Of a stretch of 64,000 bases of DNA, positions 40,379 to 50,963 are shown in pieces; position 1 is the first letter of the stretch; each line of letters starts with the position of its first letter. The position numbers and the translations under genes were made by a program. Where the stretch lies: NCBI GenBank assembly GCA_963851445.1, contig CAWKPH010000001.1, positions 553,363-617,362 on the forward strand. Reading direction: 5' to 3'. Below the pieces are notes generated by a model. The model ran no database searches and was not told the DNA's origin. It was given only the letters and a program-made list of their open reading frames with translations. This DNA comes from an uncultured bacterium. Its GTDB lineage: Bacteria; Patescibacteriota; Minisyncoccia; Phycocordibacterales; Phycocordibacteraceae.

Positions 40379-40891
40379 TCACAGGATAAATACCTCATAC
40401 TCGCAACCATCAACCAGTAAGCCTTCACCACGATTGGGGAAAAAACTCCGATGAGGAACATTTTGTGTCCAATCGACTCTTCCACCCTGCATTTCGATGA
40501 GACGCCAAGCAAGCAGTACGGGAACCTCGTCATGACCAACGACGACAACGTTTTCCTCCATCTGCGCGGTTTCCAGAAGAGTGTCTAGGGCTCGTGTCGC
40601 GTACCCCTGTCCAGATTCTTCCTCCTTAGAGCCTACATAGGGAATAGAAACTCCCACGTGCTTGAGATTGCCGAAGGCGAACAGTATTGGGTGCAGTGTC
40701 GGTCGCTGACCAGAAAGAAGAAGGCGAGCTGTAGTCACACAGGCTTCATCTTCAGAGGTTAGAGCAAAAGTTGCTATGAAGTCTCGTTCGAGCAGCCATG
40801 TACGGGCTCGCTTGATGTCGTTAATCCCATCTACACTTAGGTCACGTCCCTGGCCAAGCTCGCCATGGCGCTGAAAGAAAAAGCGAGCCAT
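40379..40891 (-). CDS. Cassette gene: histidine-phosphatase (SixA-like) superfamily protein
   Basis: FQRHGE, LSVDG, TS...CVTTA, VVVVGHD; GAGGA SD. Confidence 0.7.
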   Translation of the reverse strand: MARFFFQRHGELGQGRDLSVDGINDIKRARTWLLERDFIATFALTSEDEACVTTARLLLSGQRPTLHPILFAFGNLKHVGVSIPYVGSKEEESGQGYATRALDTLLETAQMEENVVVVGHDEVPVLLAWRLIEMQGGRVDWTQNVPHRSFFPNRGEGLLVDGCEYEVFIL

Positions 40892-41010
40892 ATGTCAATC
40901 CTCAATGAAGTTTCTTGGTACGTTATAGCACAATTTGTAGATTTTCAGCTCCCAAACATTACCTTAATATACCTTCCTCATTGGAAGGGGAGTGAGTGTA
41001 AAAAAGAAAA

Positions 41011-41043
41011 CAGTCCACCGAAGCAGACTGCTTCGGTGGACTG
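41011..41043 (-). terminator. Long perfect-hairpin terminator of cassette gene 41064-41336
   Basis: CAGTCCACCGAAGCAG-a-CTGCTTCGGTGGACTG followed on the minus strand by TTTTCTTTTTT. Confidence 0.8.
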
Positions 41044-41063
41044 GATTGACCTCTCAGGCGAGG

Positions 41064-41336
41064 TTAAGGGGTTATGCGGGCGAGGCATCCCAGATCAGCT
41101 TCGACCCGGGCATACTCACCAGGGGAGATCTCGAACTCGACGTCGAGGCAGTCTTCCACGAACTTCGCAATGCCATGCACAAGGCCGATGGTTCCTCCGC
41201 GAATCGCGGTGGTTGCTGGTCTGCCATCGGTCAGAAGTGGCGGTGGCGTACGACGGCCGCAAAAGGTTTGGGTGGCCTGCACGAGGTCGGCATAACAGTA
41301 GCCGCCGATTAGCTTCTTTTCCCGTTTCTGATTCAT
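41064..41336 (-). CDS. Cassette gene: small hypothetical protein
   Basis: GGAG SD, TTGACA-17-TATAGA promoter and terminator all on the minus strand. Confidence 0.6.
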   Translation of the reverse strand: MNQKREKKLIGGYCYADLVQATQTFCGRRTPPPLLTDGRPATTAIRGGTIGLVHGIAKFVEDCLDVEFEISPGEYARVEADLGCLARITP

Positions 41337-41527
41337 CGAATGCTCTCCGCGCTAGAATGAAAGGGTACAAACGGATTTAGATCCGAAGGTTCTCTTTATC
41401 TATATCATATAAAGTATATTCTGTCAACTGTGCTCCGCACAGTGCACCAGGTTAGAACCTGTTTGGTATAAAAAGAAAAGGACAGCTTCACACAAATGTG
41501 CGAAACCGTCCTGGTGTCTCCCAATGC

Positions 41528-42050
41528 TTACTTACGGTTGGACGCCTTGGATGCCGCAGCCGAGGCCAGAGGAAGTGGTGCGGGGATTTCTCCATTGCCG
41601 TAGATTAGCCCGTCGCCTTGGAGGATGTTCGCGATGTCGCGGGTTCCGGAGAGTTTGACGACTGCGTATGAGCCATTCACGGGAACGTCGGTGACGATGC
41701 CGTCGTACTGCTTGCTGTTGATCTGGAGTTTCACCTCTTTCGAGCAGAAGTCCGTGCCGATGCAGTGACAGTAGTCTACGCCTTCACGGCAGGAGTTGCT
41801 GAACTGCCTCGACTGCGCGTACGGGTCTACCTCGCCGCCCGGGAACGGAAAGAGGTTGACCTTGAACGACACCTGGACCGTGCAGTCCTTGCTGGGGTCA
41901 CAGTCGACGGCGTCGATAAACACAGCATGTTTATAGTCCACTTCGGCATGACCTAGGCTAGTCGAGGCCTCTGCCTTGCTCGACGAATTGTCGCTGCAAG
42001 CGCCAAGTGCGAGCGGAGATTGCCGCGCAAGTAACTAGGATCATTTTCAT
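41528..42050 (-). pseudogene. Cassette gene: Cys-rich lipoprotein with a frameshift in the signal peptide
   Basis: ATG at 42050 reads MKMILVTCAAIS; the lipobox LALGA-C and mature domain are in a different frame (shift near 42015). Confidence 0.6.
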
Positions 42051-42272
42051 CTCAGTCTCTTTCCGTGGGGGGTTTCAGATCGATAGGAACAAATTCACTT
42101 CGGAGTCTAGTATGACATGTTAAGATTTCATGTCAAGTTCACGTTATGTTTCAATACCTTGGAATCATCCTGGCTCCGCATGATAGAGAACCTTAGAACA
42201 TAGCTGGTATAAAAAGCCACCCAGTCCGCTTTCGCGAAAGGGTGGCAGTTGATCAGTTTTGAGATGCTAAAC

Positions 42273-43322
42273 CTACTTATGGCCAAGCGCTCTCCAATTG
42301 TTCTTGGTCTTGGTGGCATAGATACGTCCCGTTGGTCGTGTAGACCCGAGATACGGGAGCCGTGCCTTGTCCCAAAGCCATTTCCTCCCCGCATCCCGCG
42401 CGAACGCCGGTTTGTTATGGGCCGTGGCAATGTATTCCACAAGATCCACATCGCTTGTACGCCAGACCCGCTCGAGAGTCTTCAGTTCGCGTTCGTTGAG
42501 ACTCGCAATCAGATCGGCCAGGTTAGAAACCGCAAAAAGATATGCAGCCTTAGCGTGGTCGTCTGAACGAAGCCGCATGACACTCCCCGGTATCCTAAGA
42601 TTTGAAGGAAGAGAATGGTTGGCTTTTGAGGCGCCGTTCTGGTGTCCGTGGGCGTCGTAGATGGCGAATGGAGTGAACTGGAACGGTCCAAAGCTAGTGA
42701 TCCCGTCATGTATCGCCGGGATACTTTCCACGAAACGACGACCCCCGTGCCGAAGCAGGAAGTCAAAGTAATCGCGATTGAAGGCACCGTTGTAGCGACC
42801 GGGCAAGAGCTCAGTCATGGCGTATGCCACAAGTGAACGTCCGCCAATATGACTGGAGATCTGCTTGAGCAGCTTGAGCTTGCGCTCAGTTAGACGGTAG
42901 TGCTGGCCGAGTTGTTGCCAATCGAGGTGCGTCTGTAGAAGATGCGCATCCTCGCTAGCATCTGTCTCATACTGGCGAATCGGCATCCTTCCCGGATCTT
43001 TCGTCCGGTATTCAGAAATTAACTGCCGAGCCGTTGCTATAACCGTGCGGCTGTCGCCGTGATTGTTTTCTTTTGCCGTCCACAGCGCGACAAGCCGCTT
43101 GTCCCAATCGACACAAAGTCGAGAGGGGATCACATCATTGCGGCTGCTCAGTCCGATGTAATCGGCGTATAAGTCTGAACCGCGATGTCCGGCAAGGCGA
43201 CCGGTACTGTAGCAACCAGCATGTGAGCTGGTCGTGCGATACGTGGTCACAGCCATTGTCCCGAGAGGGAAGATGGCCATGCCCAGAGCCGCAAGTGCGG
43301 CATATGGTTTCAATGATCTCAT
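42273..43322 (-). CDS. Cassette gene: secreted protein, possible lysozyme-like/lytic transglycosylase fold
   Basis: Signal peptide; AYAMTE, SFGPFQF and ATAHN spaced like SLT motifs I-III; GGGAG SD. Confidence 0.55.
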   Translation of the reverse strand: MRSLKPYAALAALGMAIFPLGTMAVTTYRTTSSHAGCYSTGRLAGHRGSDLYADYIGLSSRNDVIPSRLCVDWDKRLVALWTAKENNHGDSRTVIATARQLISEYRTKDPGRMPIRQYETDASEDAHLLQTHLDWQQLGQHYRLTERKLKLLKQISSHIGGRSLVAYAMTELLPGRYNGAFNRDYFDFLLRHGGRRFVESIPAIHDGITSFGPFQFTPFAIYDAHGHQNGASKANHSLPSNLRIPGSVMRLRSDDHAKAAYLFAVSNLADLIASLNERELKTLERVWRTSDVDLVEYIATAHNKPAFARDAGRKWLWDKARLPYLGSTRPTGRIYATKTKNNWRALGHK

Positions 43323-43514
43323 AATTCACCCTCTCCCAAGGGACAGATTGTATTAGGTGGGACAGGCAAAGCCTGCATGAATTAGCCATGTATATAATAC
43401 ATATGATATACATTTTGTCAATTTTAGAGGCTCCGCCTCGTGTATGAGGTTAGAACCTATGTATAAAAGAAAACCCGCTGAAGCAGGTTTAGAATAGTTG
43501 ATGAGTTTCACGCC

Positions 43515-43910
43515 TCAATTCATTGAATGAATTCTGGCATCGTCGTCTGGCACAACTTCTTCGATGCACACGATTGGTCCCTCCTCAGTCATGATTGGCT
43601 GAACTGAGATACCAATCACATCTGGATCGAATATCAAGTTTTCAGAACCGGAGCGAAGCAGAAACTCAACCATGCGAGCTTCTCCGTTAGTCTCATCAAG
43701 GTCGGCATGAAAGACGGTCCCTCGGATCGCACCGAACATGCCATTACCCTTGTTGGTCAAGAGACCATCGCAGCACGGATGAGTGAAATACAGCTTACTG
43801 TCTTTGCCTCCCGATTGAAGTGCCTTGACTGAAGCGCTATGCAGAACCATCCGTTCCATAGCGCTAGTGTTCCTACCTCTCCAATCAAGGAAGATAAGCC
43901 CATTTAGCAT
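43515..43910 (-). CDS. Cassette gene: hypothetical protein
   Basis: GAGGA SD; TTGACA-17-TATAAA promoter (43985-43957). Confidence 0.7.
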   Translation of the reverse strand: MLNGLIFLDWRGRNTSAMERMVLHSASVKALQSGGKDSKLYFTHPCCDGLLTNKGNGMFGAIRGTVFHADLDETNGEARMVEFLLRSGSENLIFDPDVIGISVQPIMTEEGPIVCIEEVVPDDDARIHSMN

Positions 43911-44088
43911 TTCGAATCCTCTCTACGAACGTATGGTTTACCCAAAGAACAGAGGCTTTATATCTTTATGGCATAGAGTTGTCAAACTCTGCTCTGCCTC
44001 TGCTATGAGGTTAGTGGGTGGTATGAAAAGAAAAAGCCCCCATACCGAAGCAGGGAGGTGATGGTTATCTCAACCTTATCTGTGAAGC

Positions 44089-44454
44089 TTAGGCTTCAGC
44101 TGGAGCTCGAGTGAGATGGAAATCCAGAATAGGGCCTTCGTATCCGCGGAAGAACTCCTCGAGATCGAAAGGCGGCGGCGGACCGGCGTTGGACTCGTGG
44201 TTGACATAGTAGCGGCCAAGCTTGAAGAGCAGGTCAGCAGTGGTAACGTGCGGGAACATTCGCTGGAAGATATTGGCAAAGTTGAATACGCCAATCATCC
44301 AGACATCCATGCTGAGTTTTCCTTCGCGGCTATGCCGCGTAAAGTGCTCCCACACATGCTCGCGGAAATGTTCAATGAGCGTTTCGGGCGTATGATGTTC
44401 AGCAATGCGCTGACACCATTCTTCGTAACCGGCACTAATCTCTTCATTAGTCAT
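44089..44454 (-). CDS. Cassette gene: hypothetical protein
   Basis: AGGAGGT SD before MTNEE. Confidence 0.7.
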   Translation of the reverse strand: MTNEEISAGYEEWCQRIAEHHTPETLIEHFREHVWEHFTRHSREGKLSMDVWMIGVFNFANIFQRMFPHVTTADLLFKLGRYYVNHESNAGPPPPFDLEEFFRGYEGPILDFHLTRAPAEA

Positions 44455-44662
44455 TTGGCACCTCCTGGCTTTGTGTGGCATGTACCTTGGTCATTCCAAG
44501 GTATTGAACCATGCGGAATCTGAGCAGAATCTAGCACAGTTGCACAAGGGTTCCAACATCACCCGAAAGAATATTCGGTTGGCAGTTGTAGAAGTGAGTA
44601 TAAAAAGAAAACCACCCCTCCGTCGAAACGAAGAAGTGATCTTCGAATCGCCGAGGTGGCGG

Positions 44663-45085
44663 TTAGCGGAAGGGATCGCCAGAAACAATCTCGCCCCGCG
44701 TCTCCCCGCTGATCTTGCCGTCGATGTAGTCCATCTCGGATTGCTCCGCGCGTTCGTTAGGGTCCTCCATAAGATAAATATGGATCTCCCGCCGCACCTG
44801 GTTTTTCAGCCAGAAGAAACTCGGAACGAAGCTCACGCCGGTGATGACCAATGTGAACGCATTGAGTACCCTCCAGCTGAAGTGACCGATATGACTCTCG
44901 AGCCACGGCGGTCCAGGCATGAGGGTGGAAGCGATGACCACCCCGAGCAATATCGCTGAGAGAGCGGTCACCCTCTCCCTGTCGCTGAACTTTAGATAGA
45001 TGAGGGCAAAGCCGTAGCCACCCAAAACACCAGCGACGAGGTACGAGTAGCCCCAGGGCCACAAGTCTTGCCAGTGGGCAAACAT
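44663..45085 (-). CDS. Cassette gene: 3-TM hypothetical membrane protein
   Basis: AAGGA SD; hydrophobic segments; TTGACA at 45185-45180. Confidence 0.7.
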   Translation of the reverse strand: MFAHWQDLWPWGYSYLVAGVLGGYGFALIYLKFSDRERVTALSAILLGVVIASTLMPGPPWLESHIGHFSWRVLNAFTLVITGVSFVPSFFWLKNQVRREIHIYLMEDPNERAEQSEMDYIDGKISGETRGEIVSGDPFR

Positions 45086-45333
45086 GGTTCATGCGTCCTT
45101 TTGGCGCACTATATAGTTGGTGGAAAGAACGGGCAATGAGCCCAAAGGTTCTCTTTATCTATATCATTTAAATTTATTTTGTCAACTGTGCTCCGCATGA
45201 TAGAGGACGTTAGAACGTGTTTGGTATGAAAAATCGCCGACGCATCGCTTATGAGCGATAGCAAGATGTACTTGACAGAGTAAGAATAATATATTATTGT
45301 ATTAACGAATTTTGTTCCTGATGGAGAAAACAG

Positions 45334-45561
45334 ATGTATGCTTTCCGCATTGTTGGAGATTTCGCCGGTCTTATCGGAGCCCTGTGCGGCATGGCCGGGG
45401 TGATACTTTTGCTTTATGGTTGGCACTGTCACAATCGTGCATACAAATCAGCAACTACTGTGGCTGAGTGGCGCCGCGTTGCCCTGGTTTGGTCATGGTC
45501 TGCGTGGCTTCTTGTCCTCTCAGTGGGACTCACAGGGGTGCCAAACCTGCTCATCAAGTAG
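45334..45561 (+). CDS. Cassette gene (inverted): small 2-TM protein
   Basis: Own promoter TTGACA-17-TATTGT (45272-45300), GGAG SD, terminator hairpin near 45568-45598 plus T-tract. Confidence 0.65.
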   Translation: MYAFRIVGDFAGLIGALCGMAGVILLLYGWHCHNRAYKSATTVAEWRRVALVWSWSAWLLVLSVGLTGVPNLLIK

Positions 45562-45716
45562 AGAACTGGCGCATGCGGAGAAAATCCGTGTGCGCCAATT
45601 ATTTTTATTTCTTTACGACGTTCACGATTTTCACCCTAGCCTCGCATGATAGAGGACGTTAGAACATGTTTGGTATGAAAAAGCCCGCATTGCTGCGAGC
45701 TCAGAATGAGAAGGGT

Positions 45717-46265
45717 TTATGCGTGAGCCAAGACCTTGTCTTCAGAGAACCGATACTCCCCATCAAAGGGTGCAGTCGCCTCTGCAAACTGACTCAAGAC
45801 TTCCGAGACGAGTGGCCAGAACTTGCCATAGCCGATAAATGAGAATTCCTGTTCCAGCAGTCCGAACTCTGCCGTCGCCGAAAGTCTCCACTCATGTTGG
45901 CTGTGTGAGTTTTGTGAGTCATAGATCTTCCCGACGCAAACTCTGAGAAGCCGTTTTGGCCGAGAGAAGTTGGACATGCTCAGATCTTCTTCGCACCTCG
46001 GGATGCCAGCAAGCACTTGCAGGTGAGCGCTGTATTCCTGAGAGTATATCCTCTCCAAAAAAACAAGAGAGGGAAGACCATAGTGGCCGATAAGTTCCGT
46101 CAGTTCTGTGAGAGGACGTACACGATACGGTGGTTGCTTGGGAGATATGATACCCGCGCATGGGAAGTTGATCTCTTCCACACCACCATGGTTCTCGCTC
46201 ACTCTGTCGAAGATCAGACGAGGGGCTGCAAGCAGACCTTCGACGTCGATACGCTCTTGGGACAT
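45717..46265 (-). CDS. Cassette gene: hypothetical protein
   Basis: AGGAGG SD; fills the interval between repeats. Confidence 0.7.
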   Translation of the reverse strand: MSQERIDVEGLLAAPRLIFDRVSENHGGVEEINFPCAGIISPKQPPYRVRPLTELTELIGHYGLPSLVFLERIYSQEYSAHLQVLAGIPRCEEDLSMSNFSRPKRLLRVCVGKIYDSQNSHSQHEWRLSATAEFGLLEQEFSFIGYGKFWPLVSEVLSQFAEATAPFDGEYRFSEDKVLAHA

Positions 46266-46428
46266 GATTGCCTCCTGTGTAATTCCCGATTTCAGTATAC
46301 GATCTGCCCTCGATTTGTCAGCCCCGTCACGTATGACGTAAGAACTTGTAGGGTATGAAAAGAAAAAGACCGCCTCCCCGAGACACCGGAAAGACAGTCT
46401 CTGCAGAGAAGCGGTCGTGAAAGTGGTC

Positions 46429-46707
46429 TCAAGCCACTTCGGTCACAACACGGTCGATGAGGTTTGTCGGTTCCGACAGCTCCATCTCGAAGAGCTTCTT
46501 CAGGGCGGAGATGCCCATGAGTGTGGCGAGAGCAACCATCTGGTCGTGCTCTTCACGTTTGAAGAGCTTGGTCACCGTCCAGAGTTCACGAACTCGACCA
46601 GGCATGCGTTCGAACTTCAGGCCGACCACCGGTTGGTGCCTGTCACCGACCGATACAAGCTCGATCTTGCGACCGAACTGAGCCAACAAGAAAAGGCTGC
46701 GATCCAT
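46429..46707 (-). CDS. Cassette gene: small hypothetical protein
   Basis: AAGGA SD before MDRSL; TTGACA at 46789-46784. Confidence 0.6.
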   Translation of the reverse strand: MDRSLFLLAQFGRKIELVSVGDRHQPVVGLKFERMPGRVRELWTVTKLFKREEHDQMVALATLMGISALKKLFEMELSEPTNLIDRVVTEVA

Positions 46708-46852
46708 GATGTTATCCTTTTGTGAAAAGCCAGACGTCTGGCAACAAATTCGGTACGTATATGAAAACATGCACAGGAGCGTTTGTCAAGGCTCCGCGCA
46801 GTGCATGAGGTTAGAACGTGTATGTAAAAGAAAAAACCTACTCGCGTCTACT

Positions 46853-47320
46853 CTACACGCTTTCGGTTTTCTTGACGGCAAATCTCCAGAAGGGAGCCCA
46901 GCCGGCATCGATGATGCGCACTCGTATTCCATGTCCAGCTCCTGCATGAATACAGGGTACGAATCGGTATCCTCGAGGATCTTCCCATGTATCCTTCGGA
47001 GCTGTGATCGGAGGAGCATGTTCAAGTTGCGGATTGCTTGCCCGAAGCTCAAGTAGCTCTGCGGCATTTACTGCTTCATAACCCTCATTCAGAAGCAACA
47101 TAGCCGTGTCTTCCTTATGGCTGATCCACCAATCGAAGGAAACGAGATCGATTGAAACCGACTGAAGCCCATAACACAGTTGTGGGAAGTGCTCGTCAGT
47201 GAGGCGCGCATCGATGTAGTCTGGCGGATTCTCTTTTAGTGTAATCCGTCTCAGAATGCGTCTGATAGTCTGAGACCCCAGATAGGGAACCTGCACTTCA
47301 AAGTGCTCTACAATTTTCAT
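46853..47320 (-). CDS. Cassette gene: hypothetical protein
   Basis: GAGGT SD; C-terminal GW...WRF. Confidence 0.7.
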   Translation of the reverse strand: MKIVEHFEVQVPYLGSQTIRRILRRITLKENPPDYIDARLTDEHFPQLCYGLQSVSIDLVSFDWWISHKEDTAMLLLNEGYEAVNAAELLELRASNPQLEHAPPITAPKDTWEDPRGYRFVPCIHAGAGHGIRVRIIDAGWAPFWRFAVKKTESV

Positions 47321-47463
47321 TCGACTACCTCTTGTTGATCTAAGTGAGTTATATCACTTTTTTATTTTTTTCAGATCCACCTCTGTCATGAGGTTAGAAC
47401 CTATGTATAAAAGAAAACCGCCCAATTGCTTGGACGGCTTGGTTTCTTCGTTAAGCTGATCGA

Positions 47464-48018
47464 TTAGAAAATCTCATGAATGAAGCCGAGCTCTTTGGCT
47501 TCTTCGGCACTCATATCCCGATCTTCCGCAAGCAGCTTACGCATCCTGCGAATCGGCATGCCGGTTTTGTCAGAATACATGCGAACGATTGTTTCTTCTT
47601 GCTTAACTGCTTCATCGATGAGTTCCTGCATTCGAGCTTTGCTTTTGACTGAGCTCGTTGGAAGGTTCATCCATGAGTGCCGCCCTTCGTGAACAAGTAT
47701 TGTTGAACCTTCTTCACAAAGGCGACGATCACACATGAGAAGTATCGTTACCGCTGCAGATCTCGCAGCGCCATAGACACGAACGGTCTTGTGGCCCATG
47801 TAGTCTTGCAGAAGCCGAGCGATGAAAAGGCCAGCTCTTTCGTACCCGCCATGACTTGATAGACGTATTTGTATAGCGGGCGAGTCGCGCGCTGTGAGGA
47901 CGGTCATGGCCGCAAGCACATACTCGGCCATTTGTTGGTCGACCTCCCCTTGAAGGAAGAGAGTATTCTTATCCAGCAGCTCTCTTTCGAGACCTGTCAT
48001 GCAATTGTCTAGCGACAT
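47464..48018 (-). CDS. Cassette gene: ClpP-like (S14) protease
   Basis: LFLQGEV, LSSHGG, AARSAA (catalytic Ser), LVH, DRDMSAEEAKELGFIHEI. Confidence 0.85.
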   Translation of the reverse strand: MSLDNCMTGLERELLDKNTLFLQGEVDQQMAEYVLAAMTVLTARDSPAIQIRLSSHGGYERAGLFIARLLQDYMGHKTVRVYGAARSAAVTILLMCDRRLCEEGSTILVHEGRHSWMNLPTSSVKSKARMQELIDEAVKQEETIVRMYSDKTGMPIRRMRKLLAEDRDMSAEEAKELGFIHEIF

Positions 48019-48173
48019 TTAACTAACATCTCCGATGCAGACGTAATTTCCTGAATGATAATAACACGAACCAATGATTCGTCAATTTATGCTCCGCCTC
48101 ATAGAGGATGTTAGAACGCGGGTGGTATGAAAAACCGCCCTTTCTTGAGGGACGGTCTTGAGTGTTATGCGGA

Positions 48174-48530
48174 TCAGAGTCCGTTTCGAGCGTAAAAGTC
48201 CTGAGAAGCTTTGGCGTATGCGGTCGGATCGCCATTGAGCTTTACGACACGGCTGATCATTCCCAACGACCCGCTCCCTTTGAGGCTTCTCAGAACATCA
48301 AGACTACCGTTTGCAAGGTCGATGCGTTCTGGAAAGCCATTCTTGTAGTAGATGTCGCCGCTGCAAGATACGGGATTCGACTCACAGCCCTCCACCCATG
48401 CAGAGACTTCTGCGGGGGGTGGGGAATTGGAGGACGATACGCTGTGATGCTTGCCAAGAACGGCGTGAAAATAGAGGATGGCAAACACGACGATTAGTCC
48501 AAGGAAAAGGTACCGACCACGCATATCCAA
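48174..48530 (-). CDS. Cassette gene: exported hypothetical protein
   Basis: AGGAGG SD; N-terminal TM/signal. Confidence 0.65.
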   Translation of the reverse strand: MDMRGRYLFLGLIVVFAILYFHAVLGKHHSVSSSNSPPPAEVSAWVEGCESNPVSCSGDIYYKNGFPERIDLANGSLDVLRSLKGSGSLGMISRVVKLNGDPTAYAKASQDFYARNGL

Positions 48531-48689
48531 AACCCCTCCTTAGGGCAGTAGCATGAACATTCTGACTGCATCTATTATGCAAAGGTCACAATGCATGTCA
48601 AGTATAAGTGCTCTGCTATGAGGTTAGAACGCGGGTATGAAAAAAGCCGCCCGGAGCACAACGAAGTAAACTCCGGGGGCTTCAGGCGG

Positions 48690-49529
48690 TCAGTTGTAAA
48701 TGCGATCCAGATAGAGCACGGTGCCGTAACATTTTTCGCTCCAGAGGATGTGAACGTAGTCTCTCCAGTTCGCAAATGGCAGAATATAGCCGCCGAACTT
48801 CCTGGGCAGGTTATTCGGTAGATATCGCTGCATCTCGTGCCTTGCGCGGTCAGTAAGTGGAAAAAGAATCTTCTGGTCGCCGTACGAGAGAACGGCCATC
48901 GAATCTCCGGTTCTCTGCTGCTGCCGAATCTTCTCCGGAATGACCAGGAAGTCGAACCAGTGCTTTTGGAAGCGCGAGTTCAGGGGTGGTTCTTGCCCAA
49001 ACTCCTCATCGACAGGGCTTGAGTAGCTCGCAATTGCCGGTCGTCCAGGGATGGGCGTCGCGGTCTTGGTGTCGAAGTTGAAGTGCGCAAGGATCCGCAT
49101 GACGTGAGCGAGTGCACCAGCCGCATCCTCCTTGCGGAAGTTTCGAACCTCACTCGTCGGCCAGTTTTGTCCAGGGCACGGAATCTGGCATTGCATGATG
49201 CTGAAGTCGCCTTCGAAAGCGTAACGGACATAGGCGATGCAGTCGTCATTCTTGACGAAACCAACTCCCTCGAGGTGAGCCATGTCCTCGTCTGCTACTG
49301 CACCGGCGAGCAGATTGATCTGCCAGGAATCCTGTGGCGTCGCACCAACATTGCAGACACCGATATGTCCGGGATGGACGTCGGTGATGCGCATCTTGTC
49401 GCTCAGTCCGCAGAACTCGATGCATTCTTGAAGCAGCTTGGCGAACTGCTCGGCGCGTGGCAGAGAGGCTGTCTTGTCGATGTCTCTTTGACGCTCATAG
49501 GCTTCTCGTTCGAGCGATGTGTCGCTCAT
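48690..49529 (-). CDS. Cassette gene: hypothetical protein
   Basis: 279-aa ORF; TTGACA-17-TATAAA (49625-49597); terminator hairpin near 48645-48682. Confidence 0.75.
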   Translation of the reverse strand: MSDTSLEREAYERQRDIDKTASLPRAEQFAKLLQECIEFCGLSDKMRITDVHPGHIGVCNVGATPQDSWQINLLAGAVADEDMAHLEGVGFVKNDDCIAYVRYAFEGDFSIMQCQIPCPGQNWPTSEVRNFRKEDAAGALAHVMRILAHFNFDTKTATPIPGRPAIASYSSPVDEEFGQEPPLNSRFQKHWFDFLVIPEKIRQQQRTGDSMAVLSYGDQKILFPLTDRARHEMQRYLPNNLPRKFGGYILPFANWRDYVHILWSEKCYGTVLYLDRIYN

Positions 49530-49731
49530 GGTTTGAACCTTTCTTGCTGCTAGAATGAATAGAACGAACGGACTTCAGGAGCCCGTACTGTGGTGTTTTA
49601 TATAATGGAGTTCTGAACTTGTCAAATTGTGCTCCGCCTCTGCTATGAGGTTAGAACGTGGGTATGAAAAAACCGCAAGAGAGGGGATTGGACCCTCGTC
49701 CTGCGGCGTCAAAGGTAGTTCTTGCTCGATC

Positions 49732-50406
49732 TCAAACGTACCCTTTGGTTCGTGCCCGTGCGTACATGCTCTCCGCATCAGCCTTTAGCTCCTCGAGGAG
49801 GTGACTGTTCACGGTGAGGGAACTAGGGGCGTCTAACGAGTCAGCTACCTGTCCAACCAGAGCGCCTTCCTGATTTATCATTGGGCTGCCCGACAATCCC
49901 GGATGGATTCCCGGAATCTCGAACAGTCGCACATCCCGAGCACGATCGCGGCTACCAATCCAAATTGCCGATTTGATGATGATGTCCGTGGCACAGCCTG
50001 TAAGGTGGGTATCAGCCAGCGTGCCTTTCCATGCCACCTCGAACCGGTCCTCGGACGACCCCACCACATATTCGGGAATTGCTATAGGCTCGCCCTCACT
50101 TAGAGAGATTGCCCATGGCAACGGCTCGGCGACAAGTGGCCTTTGCAGAATCGCGATGGCACAGTCAAGGTTCTTGGAGAAAGCGACGTTCGGTACAGCA
50201 CAGCGCATGTCGGTTGATACGTGCCGAGCAATTACTGTTTCCGGCACGGCACCAGTAAAATTATGTGCACAGGTAAGGGTGGCGCGGCGGTTGGGGAAGC
50301 AGGCAAAACCAGAACCCCATCCAACCGTCCCATCTTGCTTCCCGATGGTAAAAATGACCATCGCCTGCCGAAGCTGTTGAAGAACTTGTTGGCGGAATAG
50401 GCTCAC
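49732..50406 (-). CDS. Cassette gene: trypsin-like serine protease
   Basis: GSGF, LTCAH (His), DCAI (Asp), GLSGSP (Ser). Confidence 0.85.
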   Translation of the reverse strand: MSLFRQQVLQQLRQAMVIFTIGKQDGTVGWGSGFACFPNRRATLTCAHNFTGAVPETVIARHVSTDMRCAVPNVAFSKNLDCAIAILQRPLVAEPLPWAISLSEGEPIAIPEYVVGSSEDRFEVAWKGTLADTHLTGCATDIIIKSAIWIGSRDRARDVRLFEIPGIHPGLSGSPMINQEGALVGQVADSLDAPSSLTVNSHLLEELKADAESMYARARTKGYV

Positions 50407-50552
50407 CTTGCGACCCTTTCATGTCTGATTCCGAAGGGACTATAGCATGGAAATCGAAATTGTCTGCTCCGCATGATAGAGGACTTTAGAACGTGTTTGG
50501 TATAAAAAAGGCCACCGAAGGGGTTCCGGTGGGTGAGACTTAGCCTCGAGGA

Positions 50553-50819
50553 TTACTTGTTGCTGCTGATTTGTTTCAGCACACCTGGGCTGCAGGGAAC
50601 CCAGGTGATGGTCATGCTGTCGGCATTGGCCTTGCCCAGCTCTGCACTCATGGTGACGCCATAGCACTCGCCGGAGAGAGAGTCTTTCACGTAGGTGACC
50701 TTGGCCACCGCGGCGCTGGCTGTTTCTGGGTCTGGCTTGCGGGTCTGCACGCCGCACGCACTGAGCGCGAGAACGGAGGACAGAACAACACCGACTTTCA
50801 AGCTTGAGCGGATGCTCAT
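50553..50819 (-). CDS. Cassette gene: small lipoprotein
   Basis: AGGAG SD; lipobox LSAC; TTGACA-17-TACTGT promoter. Confidence 0.75.
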   Translation of the reverse strand: MSIRSSLKVGVVLSSVLALSACGVQTRKPDPETASAAVAKVTYVKDSLSGECYGVTMSAELGKANADSMTITWVPCSPGVLKQISSNK

Positions 50820-50963
50820 GATATGTCTCCTAAATAGGAACAGTTGCCGAACTAATACTACAGTGACAGTAGGATAGGCACAGTATGTTGTCAAGATTTG
50901 CTCCCCGATGTGGGAATCTTTATAAAATGAAAAAGGTCGGCACTTGCATGCCGACCCACCAAC

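Noticed and set aside
40865-41380. Plus-strand ORFs 40865-41380 and 40992-41312 and similar shadow ORFs elsewhere (e.g. 44116-44523, 49083-49553, 60067-60681)
   Set aside because: They overlap better-supported opposite-strand genes that have an SD, promoter or recognisable motifs
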